Assembly (NCBI RefSeq): GCF_006345805.1
Contig: NC_043024.1
Location: forward strand, 3,348,001-3,412,000
Direction: 5' to 3'
Length of the DNA stretch: 64,000 nucleotides
DNA from: Octopus sinensis
Lineage: Eukaryota
Part shown: piece after piece, positions 1 through 13,967 of the stretch
Layout: every line of letters starts with the position of its first letter
How positions within the stretch are numbered: the first letter of the stretch is position 1
Program-made: the position numbers and the translations under genes
Notes under the pieces: generated by a model
What the model was told of the DNA's origin: nothing
Databases searched by the model: none
The model's input: only the letters and a program-made list of their open reading frames with translations

Positions 1-1310
1 CTACCAAATGCTGAGAGATCAAGTCTGTCTTTCAGCCTTTGGTACAGGAGAGTGGGGGCAGTTAGTGAAATTACCAAATGAGTCAATTTAATTGGTTATC
101 CTCCTCCATATTTCTTTGTAGTTGGTGTCTATATATCAATGTTCTTGGAAACAGCATGAAAACCATCCACTTATCCATTCTTTCACCTATCCTTGAAGGC
201 TAACAAATTTGAGGATCTTGGAAAATAGGGGGAGGAGCTCATCATCATCACCACCATTTAACATATGTTTTCCATACTGGCATGGTTGGACAGTTCAACA
301 GGAGCCAGCCAACCAGAGAGTTGTATCATGCTCCAATATCTGCTTCGACACAGTTTCTGTGGCTGGATGCCCTTCCAAATGCTAAACACACTACAGTGTG
401 TACCAGATGGTTTTTACTTGGCAGTGGCATCCATGTGGTTATCAGGTAACTCACAAGACAAAAACCCATAAATGGGGTGGGGATGGGGAGTAGCCTTGGG
501 AAAGCTGGCTTTATGCCATGTGTTGAGGGGCTAAGACATGATCGAAGAACAGAAAGCAGTATCTTGCTGCAGCAGAGATGCATGGATGGTGGTGAAGATG
601 TGTCAGGCATACCCTCAATTTACAGGAGGGTGGATATAAAAGAAGTGTAACAGAGGACTGGACTGGGTAAATGAGTAGGTAAGTTCATAAGAGTATGGAA
701 GGAGAGTGACAGATGGACAGAGATGAGGATAGAGGAGGATGCAGTGCGGGGTGAACATGGGTGGTTGTGCGATCAATTGTGAATATCAAATGGAGGAGAT
801 ATAATAAGTGTTTAATTTAGAATGACTTGTAACTAAACAATAGGTAACAGTTTATCTTTTACTTGTTTCAATCACGCCAGGACACTGACTTGAAAGGCCC
901 AGTCAAACTGACCCCAGTAGCCATATTCCAAAGCCTGGTACCCATTCAATCAGTCTCCTCCACCAAACAAACCTACACCGGCTGTCAAATGGTGGAAGGG
1001 GACACATACACACATAAGAGGAAGAGTGAGTCAAGGAGGTAACAGATGTTAGGGAGATAATAAATAATGTGAAGTATGTGGAGGAGTGAGGTGGAAGAGA
1101 GATGCCCAGTGCCAGGAATGAAGTTAGAGGAGATAGAAAACACTAGTTTTTTTATTTACATTTTTCTAACCTTTCAGCTTTGAAAATTTGAAAGACCCCG
1201 CCCAAAAAAAAAACAATGTGTCACCAAGTCAAAAAGATTGTGAATTGCTCTATGTGGGTAACATCACCTTGAAGGTGTAACACATGAATCTTTTCTAAAC
1301 CCCACCTTAC

Positions 1311-1581
1311 TGCTTTATAAAAGGACATGGAGGCTTTGGAACACTGTGTCCCTGAGGAGGTGGGGAGAAACAGACAGGGTATTCAAAGCTGACCCAGGAC
1401 TCAACAGAAAAAAAAAGAAAGAAACCCACAGAAAACATAACAAAAGCCTGAAGATGATGAAGCAGTATATATATTCCATAACTTCATCAAGTTGTTTACT
1501 CATTAAGAGACCTCTCACTGAATAAATTATTGATTCAACTTCAGCTATTTACTCACAAAGAGTACATTTAAATAACATCGC
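1311..1581 (-). other. Candidate exon of the minus-strand transcript (acceptor ambiguous)
   Basis: Acceptor TTTATTCCAG at 1582 with several internal alternatives, donor GCA|GTAAGG. Non-repetitive sequence with short ORFs only. Confidence 0.3.
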
Positions 1582-3239
1582 CTGGAATAAATAAGTTTGT
1601 TTGACAGGTCATTGTTCTATTGTAAAAGCTGTGTCAATGAATAATAGATTTAGGTCATTGCTGCCAACACAGCTAAATGATAGAACTTCAACCAACAAGG
1701 GAACTAAGTCACAACATCACAGCTTTTCAAATGAGGATATCTATGTGCACCAGAGACATTTTTAAAATACAACTTGGGGTTTTAGAAAATCCATGCTTGA
1801 TACCTTGAGTATCCTGTAAAAGATGTTATTTATAATTACATGTGATTAAAAAAAGTAGATATGGCCATGTAGGTAAGAAGCTCTTTTCTCAGTCACATGG
1901 GTTCAGGTTCAATCCTACCACATGGTACTTTGGGCAAGTGCCTTTTTTTTGTGTGACACTAGGATGAGCAAGGTCTTATAAACGAATATGGTAGACAGAG
2001 ATAGCAAGAAGCTACAGTCACAAAATGTCACCATTCGTAGTTTTGCAGCTGGGTTTCAACTGGTGACATTTGTTCACATTGTCTATCAACAAGGAATCAG
2101 TTAACTCTGTGTTTTCAGATTCCTCTAGAATACAAAAAAAAAATGTCCCTTACTTGAAAACCAGTTATGGTAAGGGTTGGTGACAGGAAGAACATCTGGC
2201 TATAAAAATCCTACCTCTTATTCTATCCCTTTCTTCTCATACTAGCATGAAAACAGACATTAAACAAACACAATAAATAAACAGGTAAGCAAGAATTTAT
2301 TTATTTTTCCTTAAATTTTTGACTTGAAAGCATCATTTATTTCCTATGTAACTTCTCTATGTGAAACTTACCAGTAATTTCTTCATCTCCAGCTTGTCAT
2401 CAAGTCAAAACCATTGAAAGACACTGCTGCACATGTATGCATGAACATAATGGAAATAACATTCTTAAATCATCATTATCACCAGACTGAGGACTGGTGA
2501 ACCAAATGGCTGCACCAGGCTCCAATCTCAATCTGGCAGAGTTTCTACAGCTGGATGCCCTTCCTAACACCAACCACTTCGAGAGTGTAGTGGGTGCTTT
2601 TACGTGCCACCGGCATGAAGGCCGGTCAGGCGGTACTGGCAGTCAGGCAAAGCACTTGGAGGCCTCCTCACTAGCTTGTGATGGTATGAGAAATATTGTT
2701 TGTTGATACAATGGTTTTTACAGCTAGACTAACGACTTTCCTACTCCCAATTTTTTTTCTTTTTATATTGTGAAGTTATTTAACCCTTTTGATACCAACC
2801 ACCTGAAACTGCCCAAGGCTCTATGACAAACTTATTGTTTCAAAAAGGTCTAAATTATGATCTTCCTTCAAAATTTTTCGCTAAATTGTTCCAGGCCCCA
2901 GTTTAATAATGCGAAAGTTATTTTACTAAATTCTTCATTATTTTAAAAATTAATTGAAACAGTAACAAAAGGGTTAACATTTTAGCAGTCAGATTACTGT
3001 CAAGATATATTATTCACATTTTGAATTAGTCATGGCTTATCTGGTAGCTTTGTGATTTCAACGATATGTCTATCTTTAGAATGACATAGTAGGGTAAGCA
3101 GGAGAGGTTGGAGCTGGCTGGCTTGAACATAAAACAGGAAGAATATCTGAGCTGGATATAGCTGGTTTAAAAGCTAAAGGGTGAAGAGGGCTATGCCTGT
3201 CACTCTTTATCAGGACCTTGGGGAATGGTAGATGGAAGT

Positions 3240-3900
3240 TCTAATATTCTCAGACTGTGGCAGTGAGACATGGACAATGACCACTGAGGACATGCAAAAG
3301 CTTGAAAGGAATAAAGCTAGCAAGCTCTGCTGGATGGGGAATATCAGTGTGCATGTACAAGAGAATGTAAGTGATCTGAGAGAAAAATTGGGTATTTAGG
3401 CATCAGGTGTAGTGTGCAAGACAGAAGACTGTGCTGATATAGCCATGTGATGTATATGAATGAAGAGGGTTGCATCAAGAGGTGCTGATCTCTAATTGTG
3501 GAAGGAAGATGTGGAAGGGGTACACCTACGAAGATATGGGACAAAGAGGTGAGAAAGGATCTTCAGAAGGTGGGCCTCACGGAGGAGATGACAAGGGACC
3601 AAGAGTTCCAGCGGTTTACTGTACTGGAGAAAACACGTCAAGCTAAGTAAAATCGTGACCATCTATACATACAAGCAGGACTCCTACATCCCTCTGGGAG
3701 CTGGAACCATGTAAAAGCACCCATGCTAGTGCCGTGTAAATAGTGTCCAGTACACTCTGTAAAGTGGTTAATGTTAGGAAGGGCATCCAGCTGTAGAAAC
3801 CATGCCAAAGCAAACAAACAGAGCCCAGGCTGATCAGCTCCAGTCAAACTATCCAACCCACACCAGTATGAAGAACAGACGTTAAATGATGATAATGGTA
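3240..3900 (+). mobile_element. RTE LINE 3' fragment
   Basis: Decayed GSETW...RGRP-type coding end plus the same 3' UTR as 46650-47490. Similar pieces at about 16020-16690 (-), 33130-33530, 36080-36790, 54590-55190, 58070-58490 and 62220-62370 (-, RT fragment). Confidence 0.8.
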
Positions 3901-4229
3901 ATGATGTACACCTATTTTGCATGCTTACATCAAGGACTCTGTTAAAAGGAAAAGATGATGATGCTCAACCAGGTGAACATATTAAATGAACCCTTAAAAA
4001 AACAGCTACAGAGTACTTCCACAGTCCCCATCTAGCAATGCCAGTCAGGAGAGGAGGTCAATGAGAGGGTTAGGGGAGAAAATATTTGGTCAATAGTACC
4101 AGACATAGGGACAGAGCTGGGTGCTTCTCAGGAGAACACAATAACATAAAAAGATTTTAAGTGATTAGTAGATCTAACAGTTAACTATCAGCAATTGTAT
4201 TTAACATTAAAACAAATAATTATTATTAT

Positions 4230-6560
4230 TAATACGGTGAGCTGTTAGAATTGTTAACATGCCAGTCGAAATGCTTAGCAGTATTTAGTCCGTCTTCATG
4301 TTCTGAGTGCAAATTCCGCTGGGGTCTAATTTGTCTTTTATCCTTACGGAGTCAATAAAATAAGTACCAGTGAAATGCTGGGGTCAATGTAATCAACTTA
4401 CTTACTCCTCCGAGGTTGTTGGCCTTGAGCCAAAATTTGAAACTATTATTATTATCATTGTTATTAGTGAGTGAGGGAGCAATGCATGCCATCAAAATAA
4501 CACTGAGGTAAAATATATGAAGCCCAGAATACCCATCATGACTACCCATCTGATAAGGGTATACCAATTACACGCATCACAACCATATGTGCACGACATG
4601 GTGATCTCAAAGCAAAATAAACAGTGCATGACCTTACAGATGGGGCCCAGTTTGAATTTTCGTCAGGTCGAGTGGGCCATCCCGCTCAAAAGGTCCCTGA
4701 ATAAGGGTTGTTTAAGGATGTTGAACGACACACTTATGTTTCCAGAGGTGAATTATCCAAACCCCAAAGAATTCTTCTCAACACCTGGCTTTGATGCTAA
4801 TTTCTGCTCGTGATCAGAGATGCACATATCGTCAGCCACCAAGGAATATGCTCAACTGGTTAAGGTCAAGCAACTGACAAGCAAATTTGTGGTGTTGAGC
4901 AGAATATTTGTTGTAGCCCATCTTTTACACCAAGACAAAACAATGTACATGATAACACTTCCAATCATTTAAGATCAGTAACCGTGAGAGCCACTGCCTG
5001 GTACTACATCAGGGCATTGGAGACCAAGCTGACAGAATAGTAAGCATGCTGGAAAAAACACTTAATAGCAAATTCCAAAGTCAACTTTGCCTTTTATCCT
5101 TTCAAGGCTGATCCCAGTACTCAACTGATACAAAATTTCAGGGCTTGTGTCTATTAGTAGAAAGAATTATTAAAGTGGTCAGCTGGTAGAATCAATGGAG
5201 TATAGCAGAATATGCTTTGCAGCATTTCTTTCAGCTTCCTACATTTGGAGTTCAAATCTTGCTGAGGTCAACTTCTTTGTTCTTTTGGGGAAATCAATAA
5301 AATAAAATACCAGTCATATACTGAGATCAATGTAATAGATTAACCCTCCTACCCTTCAAAATTTCAAGCCTTGTGCCTAAATCAGAAACCATTATTATTT
5401 TTATTATTATTTAAGGCAGCGAGCTGGACAAAATGCTTAGCGGTATTTCACCCATCACTATGTTCTGAGTTCAAATTCTGTCAAAGTTCGGGGTCGAATA
5501 AAATAGATACCAGTTGAACACTGGGATCAATGTAATCAACTCATCCCCTTCCCTAAAATTGCTGCCCTTGTGGCAAAATTTGAAACCGTTATTATTGTTT
5601 CTTTATTGCCCACAAGGAGCTAAACATAGAGGGGACAAACAAGGACAAAGGGATTAAGTCAATTACATCAACCCCAGTGCACAACTGGTACTTATTTAAT
5701 CGACCCCGAAAGGATGAAAGTCAACGTCGACCTTGGCGGAATTTGAACTCAGAACGTAGTGGCAGACGAAATACTGCTAAGCATTTCGCCTGGCATGCTA
5801 ACGATTCTGCCAGCTCGCCTTATTATTATTATTATTATAACCGTTATTATTATTATTATTAAGCTGGCAGAATTGTTAGTGCACTGAGCAAGATGCTTGG
5901 CAGCATTTTATCTATCCTTACATTCAGAGCTCAAATTCCACCAAAGTCAACTTTGCTTTCATCTTTTCGGTGTCAATGAAATAAGTACCAGTGCATTACT
6001 GGAATTGATGTAATCGACTGCCCCTTCCCCAGCAAAATTTCAGGCCTTGTGCTTATAATAGAAATTATTACTATTATTATTATCATCATTGCAAGTTAAT
6101 AGAATCATTAGCATGCAGACAAAGTGCTTGGTAGCATTTCGTTCATCTGTCTTTGTGTTCTGAGTTCAAATTCTACCAAGGTTCACTTTGCCTTTCATCC
6201 TTTTGGTGGGGGTCAATAAATTAAGCATCAGTTAAGTACCGAAGACAATGTAATCAACTAATCCCCGCCCACTCACCTGAAATTCCTTGTCTTGTGCCAA
6301 AATTTGAATACAACATTATTATTATTATTATCATTAAGGCAGCCAGCTGGCAGAATTGTTAGCACGCCAGGCAAAATGCTTAGCAGTATTTCGCCCATCA
6401 CTCTGTTCTGAGTTCAAATTCCACCAAGGTCAACTTTACCTTTCATCCTTTCTGAGTCGATAAATTAAGTACCTGTTGCATACTGGGATCGATCTAATTG
6501 ACTGGCCCCCTCCCCCAAAATTTTGAGCTTGTGCCTAGAGTAGAAAAGATTATTATTATT
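4230..6560 (+). mobile_element. Array of tRNA-derived SINE family 2 (about 8 copies, one inverted) separated by (ATT)n
   Basis: Recurrent GAGCTGGCAGAA...GAGTTCAAATTC...GCCTTTCATCCTTTCGGGGTCGATAAA...AGTACCAG units of about 200 bp. Confidence 0.9.
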
Positions 6561-8951
6561 ATCATCATCATCATTATTATCACCATCATTATCATCATCA
6601 TCATTATTATTATTATTACTACTACAACCATATGTTATTATGCAATTTGGTATATATTAGTATATATTGATTCATTTTTAATTGTGTTTTGTTGTTCCTG
6701 CACTTTTAATGTTGGAATTTAGGTCTAGGTTACATGGAGAATACATTGAACTAATTGAATTATTAATAATTAGGCTAGACTGAAGTATTATTGTGTTTGT
6801 TCAGTCAGAGAAGGCGAGACAGTCAAGTTTTGACAGGTTAGTGACATTGCTCTGATTCATATGCAGTTTGAACATTTGGAGAGAGTACCTGAGCAAGGGG
6901 GACAATTCCATAGGATGAAATAACTGACGGTGGAGAAACTATTTTTTTTTCTTTAGTAGTTTCAGGTCAAGAGCTGTGGTCATGCTGGAGCACAGATGTT
7001 GGAAATAAGTTGATATTGGTTTCAAATTTTGACATAGGGTCAGCAACTTCAGTTGATTACATCAACCCCAGTACGCAACTAGAAGATACTTGCCCAAGGT
7101 GCCACACAGTGGGACTGAACCCAGAATGATGTGACTGGGAAGCAAGCTTCATGATTAATTAAGAAGAGGGGGACAGTGACCTTGATTTTTGCAGCCCCTA
7201 CCAGATTATTTGTTTGACCATCTGTAGAGGAAATATAGACAAGTGAAGCAACTCCAGAGGAAGTTCTAGAGGAAGAAGGATTGGTAAAAATATTTAAGTA
7301 TTTAGTCTGCAATATGATATCCGTTTCATAAATGTCATAAAATTCAAATAACCAAGAAAAAAACGCAAGTTCAAATTCTGCTGAGGTCAACTTTGCCTTT
7401 CATCTTTTCGGTGTCAATGAAATAAGTACCAGATGAGCACTATGGTCAGTGTAATTGACTTAGCCCCACTCTTTGAAATTGCAAGCCTTGTGCCAAAATT
7501 TGAAACCAATATGGACATGTTTCTAATGGCTGTGCCCAAGCATGGCCACAGCTCAAGCTGAAGCTGGTAAAGAAAAAGAAAAGTAAAAGAATGAAATCAT
7601 TAAAATAAAATCAATAATTGAAGTAATTGTTGGGAGTGAAATCAAACTGACTAAATCCAGGGATTCTGTAGGTTATGAGAGACTACATATGAATATCTAG
7701 AATGTTCCTCTTGACAGTGTAGGTTGAGGCAGGACTAGCATTTGCCTAGGCAGCAAGTCACCCACCTCCATGCCAGAAACACTGTCCAAGAGTAAGGTCA
7801 CATCTGATACAGCTTGGGGGTGGGGGGGTGGCAGTCAGGTCATCAGAGGAAGTGCCATCAGACCACAAGCAGTCACAGTAATATTGTAAGGTGTCTCATC
7901 TGACATTGTAACAATGCCATCAGCTCATTGCTCTGGAATGGAACTTTATCTATTGGGCCCCAAAAGGATCAAAGGAAAAGTTGATTCCGGCAACATTTGG
8001 TACGCAGATTATTCTGTCAAATGTAATTTTTTTTTTTATTCACTTTGTTTTGAATTAATCATGCATTATCTCATAGCTTTGAGATTTCAATGATGTGATT
8101 GTTGATTTATACAATGACATATTAGGATAGGTGTGAGAGGCCAGAGTTTGAACATAAAACAATATTTTGGTCCGGTGTAGCTGGTTTAAACACTAAAGGG
8201 TTAAACTCAAACCACAGAGAACAGGAATAAGCGCAACAAGGTCAACACTGTTATGTCCAACAGCTCCTTGCTTGAACCAATTAAAATAGAAAGAAATAAA
8301 AAGGAATTTCTCCATATTTTCAATTCAACAGTAAATAAAATTAATAGTATTAGACATTATAAAAACCAATTTATGATAGACACAAAAAAAAGCAACTCAT
8401 AGTTATCTCCCTGTTTTGAAATTTATGACAGTGGAAGAAAAGCAGTATCCATAACATATTTTGTGGTACCTCAGAGACTGAAAGGCAATGGATTAAGCCA
8501 ACATCATCATTTAACATCTGTTTTCCAGGTTGGATGGTTTGTCTGAAAACTGGTAAGCCAGAGAGCTGCACCAGGTTCCAATCTGATTGGCAAGATTGCT
8601 ATAGCTGGATGCCCTTCCTAATGCCAACCAATCCGAGACTCTGGTGGGTGTTCTTTACGTGCCACCAGCATGGGTGCCATTGACTTGACAGGTCTACACA
8701 AGCACGGTCTCCGTCACCTGTCACTGCCTCCATGAGGCCCAACGCTTGAACGGTGATTTTTACGTACCAGTCAGACAGCACATTTGATTTGCAACAGAAA
8801 GAAATGGTGCATCAAAACACTGAGTTTATTCTAAGTGTGTGTAGTGTTTTCTGCTATGCATATGTAGTGTTTTCTCGTGTGTGTCTTGTATGTGGTGCAT
8901 GTTTTCTCCTATGTAAGTAGTGTCTTCGATATGCATGTTTTCTATAAGTAT

Positions 8952-9105
8952 GTGTGAGTGAGTGAGTGAGTGAGTGAGTGAGTGAGTGAGAGAGAGAGAG
9001 AGTGAGTGAGAGAGAGAGAGTGAGTGAGAGAGAGTGAGAGAGAGAGTGAGTGAGAGAGAGAGTGAGTGAGAGTGAGTGAGAGAGAGAGAGAGTGAGTGAG
9101 TGAGA
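8952..9105. repeat. (GAGT)n/(GA)n compound microsatellite
   Basis: Direct reading. Confidence 0.97.
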
Positions 9106-10857
9106 GTTAGCTTTCTCCAGTGTATAAGCTGTGTACTTTCTCCAGTGTTAAGAACTGGGTATTTTCTCATGTGTGGCTTGGCATTTTCTCCCTATCTGCA
9201 AGAACCATCATCAACAAGATTTTAGTTCAACATTCATCTTTGGTGGGAGGGAGAGTTACCATGGTAAATTAGTGGTGGTATTTGCATGAATAAACCCACA
9301 ACCCCATACTGATTATGCAATGTAAACAAAAGGTGCACAAAAGATGCAGTGAGATGCAAAGCAGGCTGAAAGAGAAGAAGGTGCACATAAGCAACAGATA
9401 TACAGAAGTAATTAGAAAAAGAGTATCACTGAAATGTAATATTGTAACTGATTGTACTTAGAAGGGGTTGACAGGGTCTGTTACCTAGGCAACAGATTCA
9501 GCAGTGGGAGTGAGTGTTGTAAAAATAGAGTGATTAAAATTATAACAATGAATAGGAGCAGACATGGCTGGGTGGTAAGAAGCTTGCTTCCCAACCACAT
9601 GGTTCCAGGTGGATTTGGTAGATGGAAACTGAAAAGAAGTTCACTATGTGTGTGTGCATCTTTGTGTCTGTATGTCCCCCACCACTTGACAACTGTTGTT
9701 GGTGTGCTTACATTCCTGTAACTTAGCAGTTCAGAAAAAGAAACTAATAGAATAAATACCAGACTTTAAAAAATTTTTTTTAAAGGTACTGGGTTTAATT
9801 CATTTGACTAAAAGGTTTTCAAGGTGGTGCCCCAGCATGGCCAGTTAAATGACTGAAACAAGTAACAGATATAAAAAAATAAAGATTTACATAGGAACCA
9901 GAGGTACAAGGGGGAACTATTACCTATGCTGGCAATAAAAGGTTTCCATCTTCAAGTGAAGAATGATTACAATATCACACTTTGCTTGTAGGCAAAGTGT
10001 AGGATTACATGGTGGTGAGATATGGATGTTGAATGCAGAGGATGTGCAAAAGATGAAAAAAGAGAAAAGGAAAAAAAAAAGGCAACACCGATTCGTGAGG
10101 GATTAGAATATAGATCGACAAATATGAATAGTACAAAATATTCAATGTGTGTCTCTCATCTGTGAGAACTCAGAACTGGTTAAAGAGTATATTAGTGATA
10201 TGACAGTGTTAATAATAATCCTTTCTACTACAGGCACACCATCATCATCATTGTCATTTAACGTCCTCCTTCCATTCTGGAATGGGTTGAATGGTTTCAC
10301 CAAAACTGGCCAAGCAGAAAACTGCATCAGAATTCTATGTCTGTTTTGGCACGGTTTGTATAGCTGGATGCCTTTCCTAACACCAATCACCAACAGAGTG
10401 GACTGAGTGCATTTTATGTGGCACCAACACAGCTGCATGCCTAACACCAACCACTTTACAAGGTGGACTGGATGTTTTTTTGTTTTTTTTTACATGGCAA
10501 CAGTATTGGTAGGATCACTGAGTAACTCACAAGCAAAAGATCCTTTGAGAGGGGTGGAGCATTGAAAGAAGCGGCCTTGAGTCAATGGGAATGAATATGT
10601 AGAACTGCATAAAAAATACACAGCCTTCCAACAGTCATATAAACACAAGCAACAGGAGTAGCTGTGTAATAAGTAGCTTGCTTACCAACCACATGGTTCC
10701 GGGTTCAGTCCCACTGCGTAGCACCTTGGGCAAGTGTCTTCTATTATAGCCTCGGGCCGACCAAAGCCTTGTGAGTGGATTTGGTAGACAGAACCTGAAA
10801 GAAGCCTGTCGTATATATGTATGTGTGTGTTTGTCCCCTCAACATCGCTTGACAACC

Positions 10858-11084
10858 CATTTCTTTATTACTCACAAGGGGCTAAACACAGAGAGGACAA
10901 ACAAGGACAGACAAATGGATTAAGTCGATTACATCGACCCCAGTGCGTAACTGGTACTTAATTTATCGACCCCGAAAGAATGAAAGGCAAAGTTGACCTC
11001 GGCGGAATTTGAACTCAGAACGTAGTGGCAGACGAAATACCGCTAAGCATTTCACCCGGCATACTAACATTTCTACCAGCTCAC
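10858..11084 (-). mobile_element. SINE family 2 (alternative tail) nested in a family 1 SINE
   Basis: 12-bp TSD CGCTTGACAACC at 10846-10857 and 11085-11096. Confidence 0.9.
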
Positions 11085-11593
11085 CGCTTGACAACCGGTG
11101 CTGGTGTGTTTCCATCCCCATAACTTAGCGGTTCGGCAAAAGAGACCAATAGAATAAGTACTAGGCTTACAAAGAATAAGTCCTGGGGTTGATTTGCTCG
11201 ACTAAAAGTGGTGCTCTAGCATGGCCACAGTCAAATGACTGAAACAAGAGAGTAAATAGAGAGAGTTAATGCATTCTGTGTAGCAGAGCATTGTGGGTTA
11301 CTTCTGGGGCATGTTATTCCAATCCAACACCTGAAAGTTGAGGAAGGTGTTTAGTCAATTACATCGAACCTCAGTGTATGACTGGTACATTATTTTATCA
11401 ACCTTGAAAGGGTGAAAGGCAAAACTGATGAGTAATGTCAGACAAGGAAAACTGTGCTTGCATGGATGTGATGTTCATGAAGGATGCAAATTGGGTGAAG
11501 AATTATTGCATGATCCAACTTGACTTTAAAAAAAAAAAAAAAAAAAAAAGAAACTGGTTCCAAAGACAGACAGCAGTCAAAATAAATACTAAC

Positions 11594-11695
11594 ATCATGT
11601 TTCTTGCATATTTCCCACGACTGGTTTTCGCTGATCACATGAACATGTGGACAATTGGATGACTGGCGCATTATAGCTGGCTTCGCTTGGACACA
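11594..11695 (-). other. Candidate exon (102 nt) of the minus-strand transcript
   Basis: Strong acceptor (T)nCTTGCAG, donor GAT|GTTAGT, CpG-retaining unique sequence. One open frame CVQAKPAIMRQSSNCPHVHVISENQSWEICKKHD, not recognised. Confidence 0.45.
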
Positions 11696-11849
11696 CTGCA
11701 AGAAAAAAAAAAAACGAATAAAAATTAGCAAGCATCTATGTTAATCATAATGAATTTTTTGGTTTGTTAGTTTCTAAAATATTATAACACACACAAATAA
11801 GTAGCAATGTTCACCATCATCATCATCATAAAGGCATTTTGTACGTCTC

Positions 11850-12860
11850 ACCAAGGTAGACTTTGCCTTTCATCCTTTTAAGGGCCAACAAAATAAGTAC
11901 CAGTTGAGCACTGGGGTCTATGTAATTGACTTACACCCACCCTAAAAATTGCTGGCCTTGTGCCAAAATTTGAAATCATTATCTTTACTATCATTATTAT
12001 TAAGGCAGCAAACTGGATGAAATGCTTAGCGGTACTTCACCAGTTGCTACCTTCTGAGTTCAAATTCCACCAAGATTGACTTTGCCATTCATCCTTTCGG
12101 GTTCAATAAATTAAGTACCAGTTATGCACTGGAGTTGCTGTAATTGACTAGTTCCCTCCCACCAAATCTGAGGCCTTGCACCTCCAGTAGAAAAGATTAT
12201 TATTATTATCAAGGTGGTGAGCTGGCAGAATCGTTAGCATGCCAGGTAAAATGCTTTGTGGCATTTCATATGTCTTACCTTTCATCATTTCAGGGGTCGA
12301 TAAATTAAGTACCAGTAAAACACTGGAGTCGATGTATTCAACTAGTCTCCTTCCCAAAAATTTCAGGCCTTGTGCCTCTAGTAGAAAGGATTATTATTAT
12401 TATTATTAATAATAATCTTGTGGTGAGCTGGCAGAATTGTTAGCATGCTGGACAAAATGCTTAGTATTTCACCCATCACTACATTCTGAGTTCAAATTGC
12501 GCCGAGGTCAACTTTACCTTTCATCCTTTCAGGGTCGATAAATTAAGTACCAGTTGAATACTGGGATCAATGTAATCGACTTATCACTTCCCCCAAAATG
12601 GTTACCCTTGTGGCAAAATTTGCAACCATTATTATTATTATTATTATTTAGGTAGCGAGCTAGCAAAATTGTTAGAACATTGGGCAAAATGCTTAGCAGC
12701 ATGTTGTCCATCTTTACATTCTGAGTTCAAATGCTGCTAAGATGGACTTTGCCTTTCATTCCTTTGGGATCAATAAAATTAGTACCAATGAAGCACTGGG
12801 GTCAACACAATTGACTTACCCAAACCCGTAAAGTTCCTGGCCTTATGCCAAAATTTCTAA
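11850..12860 (+). mobile_element. Array of five SINE family 2 copies
   Basis: Same unit as 4230-6560, head-to-tail with (ATT)n spacers. Confidence 0.9.
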
Positions 12861-13045
12861 CTGATATTCATCATCTTTTAATGCCTGTTTTTCCATGTTG
12901 GCATGGGTTGGATGGTTCAACAGAAGCTGACAAGCCAGAGAACTGCACCTAGCTCCAATATCAGCTTTGGCATGGTTCTCTTTGTGGCTGGATGCCATTC
13001 CTAATGCAAACCACTTTATAGAATGTACTGGATACTTTTTAAATA

Positions 13046-13205
13046 CAGTAATTCCTTGTCTACCGTGGGTGTTACATTCCAACCCCAACCCCCCATGACA
13101 GGTGAAAATCCGCAAAGTAGAAACAGTACTATAAATGCAAAACAACACCACAGAGGAATTGATGTAAGCTTAAATAATAAACCACAATATGGCGAGGGAT
13201 TACTG
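13046..13205. mobile_element. pogo/Tigger-type MITE
   Basis: TA-flanked TIRs CAGTAATTCCTT / GAGGGATTACTG. Confidence 0.75.
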
Positions 13206-13692
13206 TAGCACCAACAACAGTGGGGGGCACACCACAAGGTAACTCAAAAGATGAACTCCTTAACTGAAAGGGGGAAGTAATATTGAGGAAAGTGGCTTTA
13301 TACTAAGTGATGAAAGGTTAAAGTAGGATAGAGGGTCTGAAACAGATGTCCCCCACTACTGCTTGACAACCAGGGATGGTTTGTTTATGTCTCTGTAACT
13401 GAGCAGTTTGGCAAGAGAGACCAATAGAATAAGTACCAGATTCATTCAACTAAAACATTTTACAAGGCAGTGCCCCAGCATGGCAGCAGTCTTACGACAA
13501 ACAAATAAGAGATGTTAAGTGTGAAACCTGAAGCACAAGTGAGCTGTGTGAGAGGGGATGGTCACTAAAGACATTAGCCGGCATAAGAAAGTTGGTATAG
13601 TCTACTGAATGAGTAATGTTACCCAGAATGCAAAGTTGCAGCCAAAGTGAGCTTTGAGGTTGATGGCTGGGTGTTAAAGGCATTAGCTAAAG

Positions 13693-13967
13693 CAGTGGTT
13701 CCCAAACATTTTTGAGCAGCTGTCCCCTTGACACCCAGGCCACATTCTTAGAGCCCCCACCCCAACTAACCATCACAAACACAGACCTCTTTCTGAAGCA
13801 AATTCAAAGCAATTGTATTTAACAAATAAAACTTAACCTAATGAACACATTATTTTGTTGTTTTTACATGAATCGCTACCCCGTTATTGCCCCACTTTTC
13901 TTCAATGTCCCCTTGGAACTTTCCACTGCACCCAGGGGAGCAATACCGCCCACTTTGGGAACCATTG
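13693..13967. mobile_element. hAT-type MITE
   Basis: TIRs CAGTGGTTCCCAAA / TTTGGGAACCATTG. 8-bp TSD AGCTAAAG / GGCTAAAG. Confidence 0.8.

Noticed and set aside
1315-1518. 67-aa hydrophobic ORF as a secreted or membrane microprotein
   Set aside because: Hydrophobicity comes from a T-rich tract and I recognise no homology. Kept only as part of a candidate exon.
4230-6560. CRISPR-like or tRNA gene array
   Set aside because: Units are diverged SINEs of about 200 bp in a eukaryotic genome, with no cloverleaf or cas genes.
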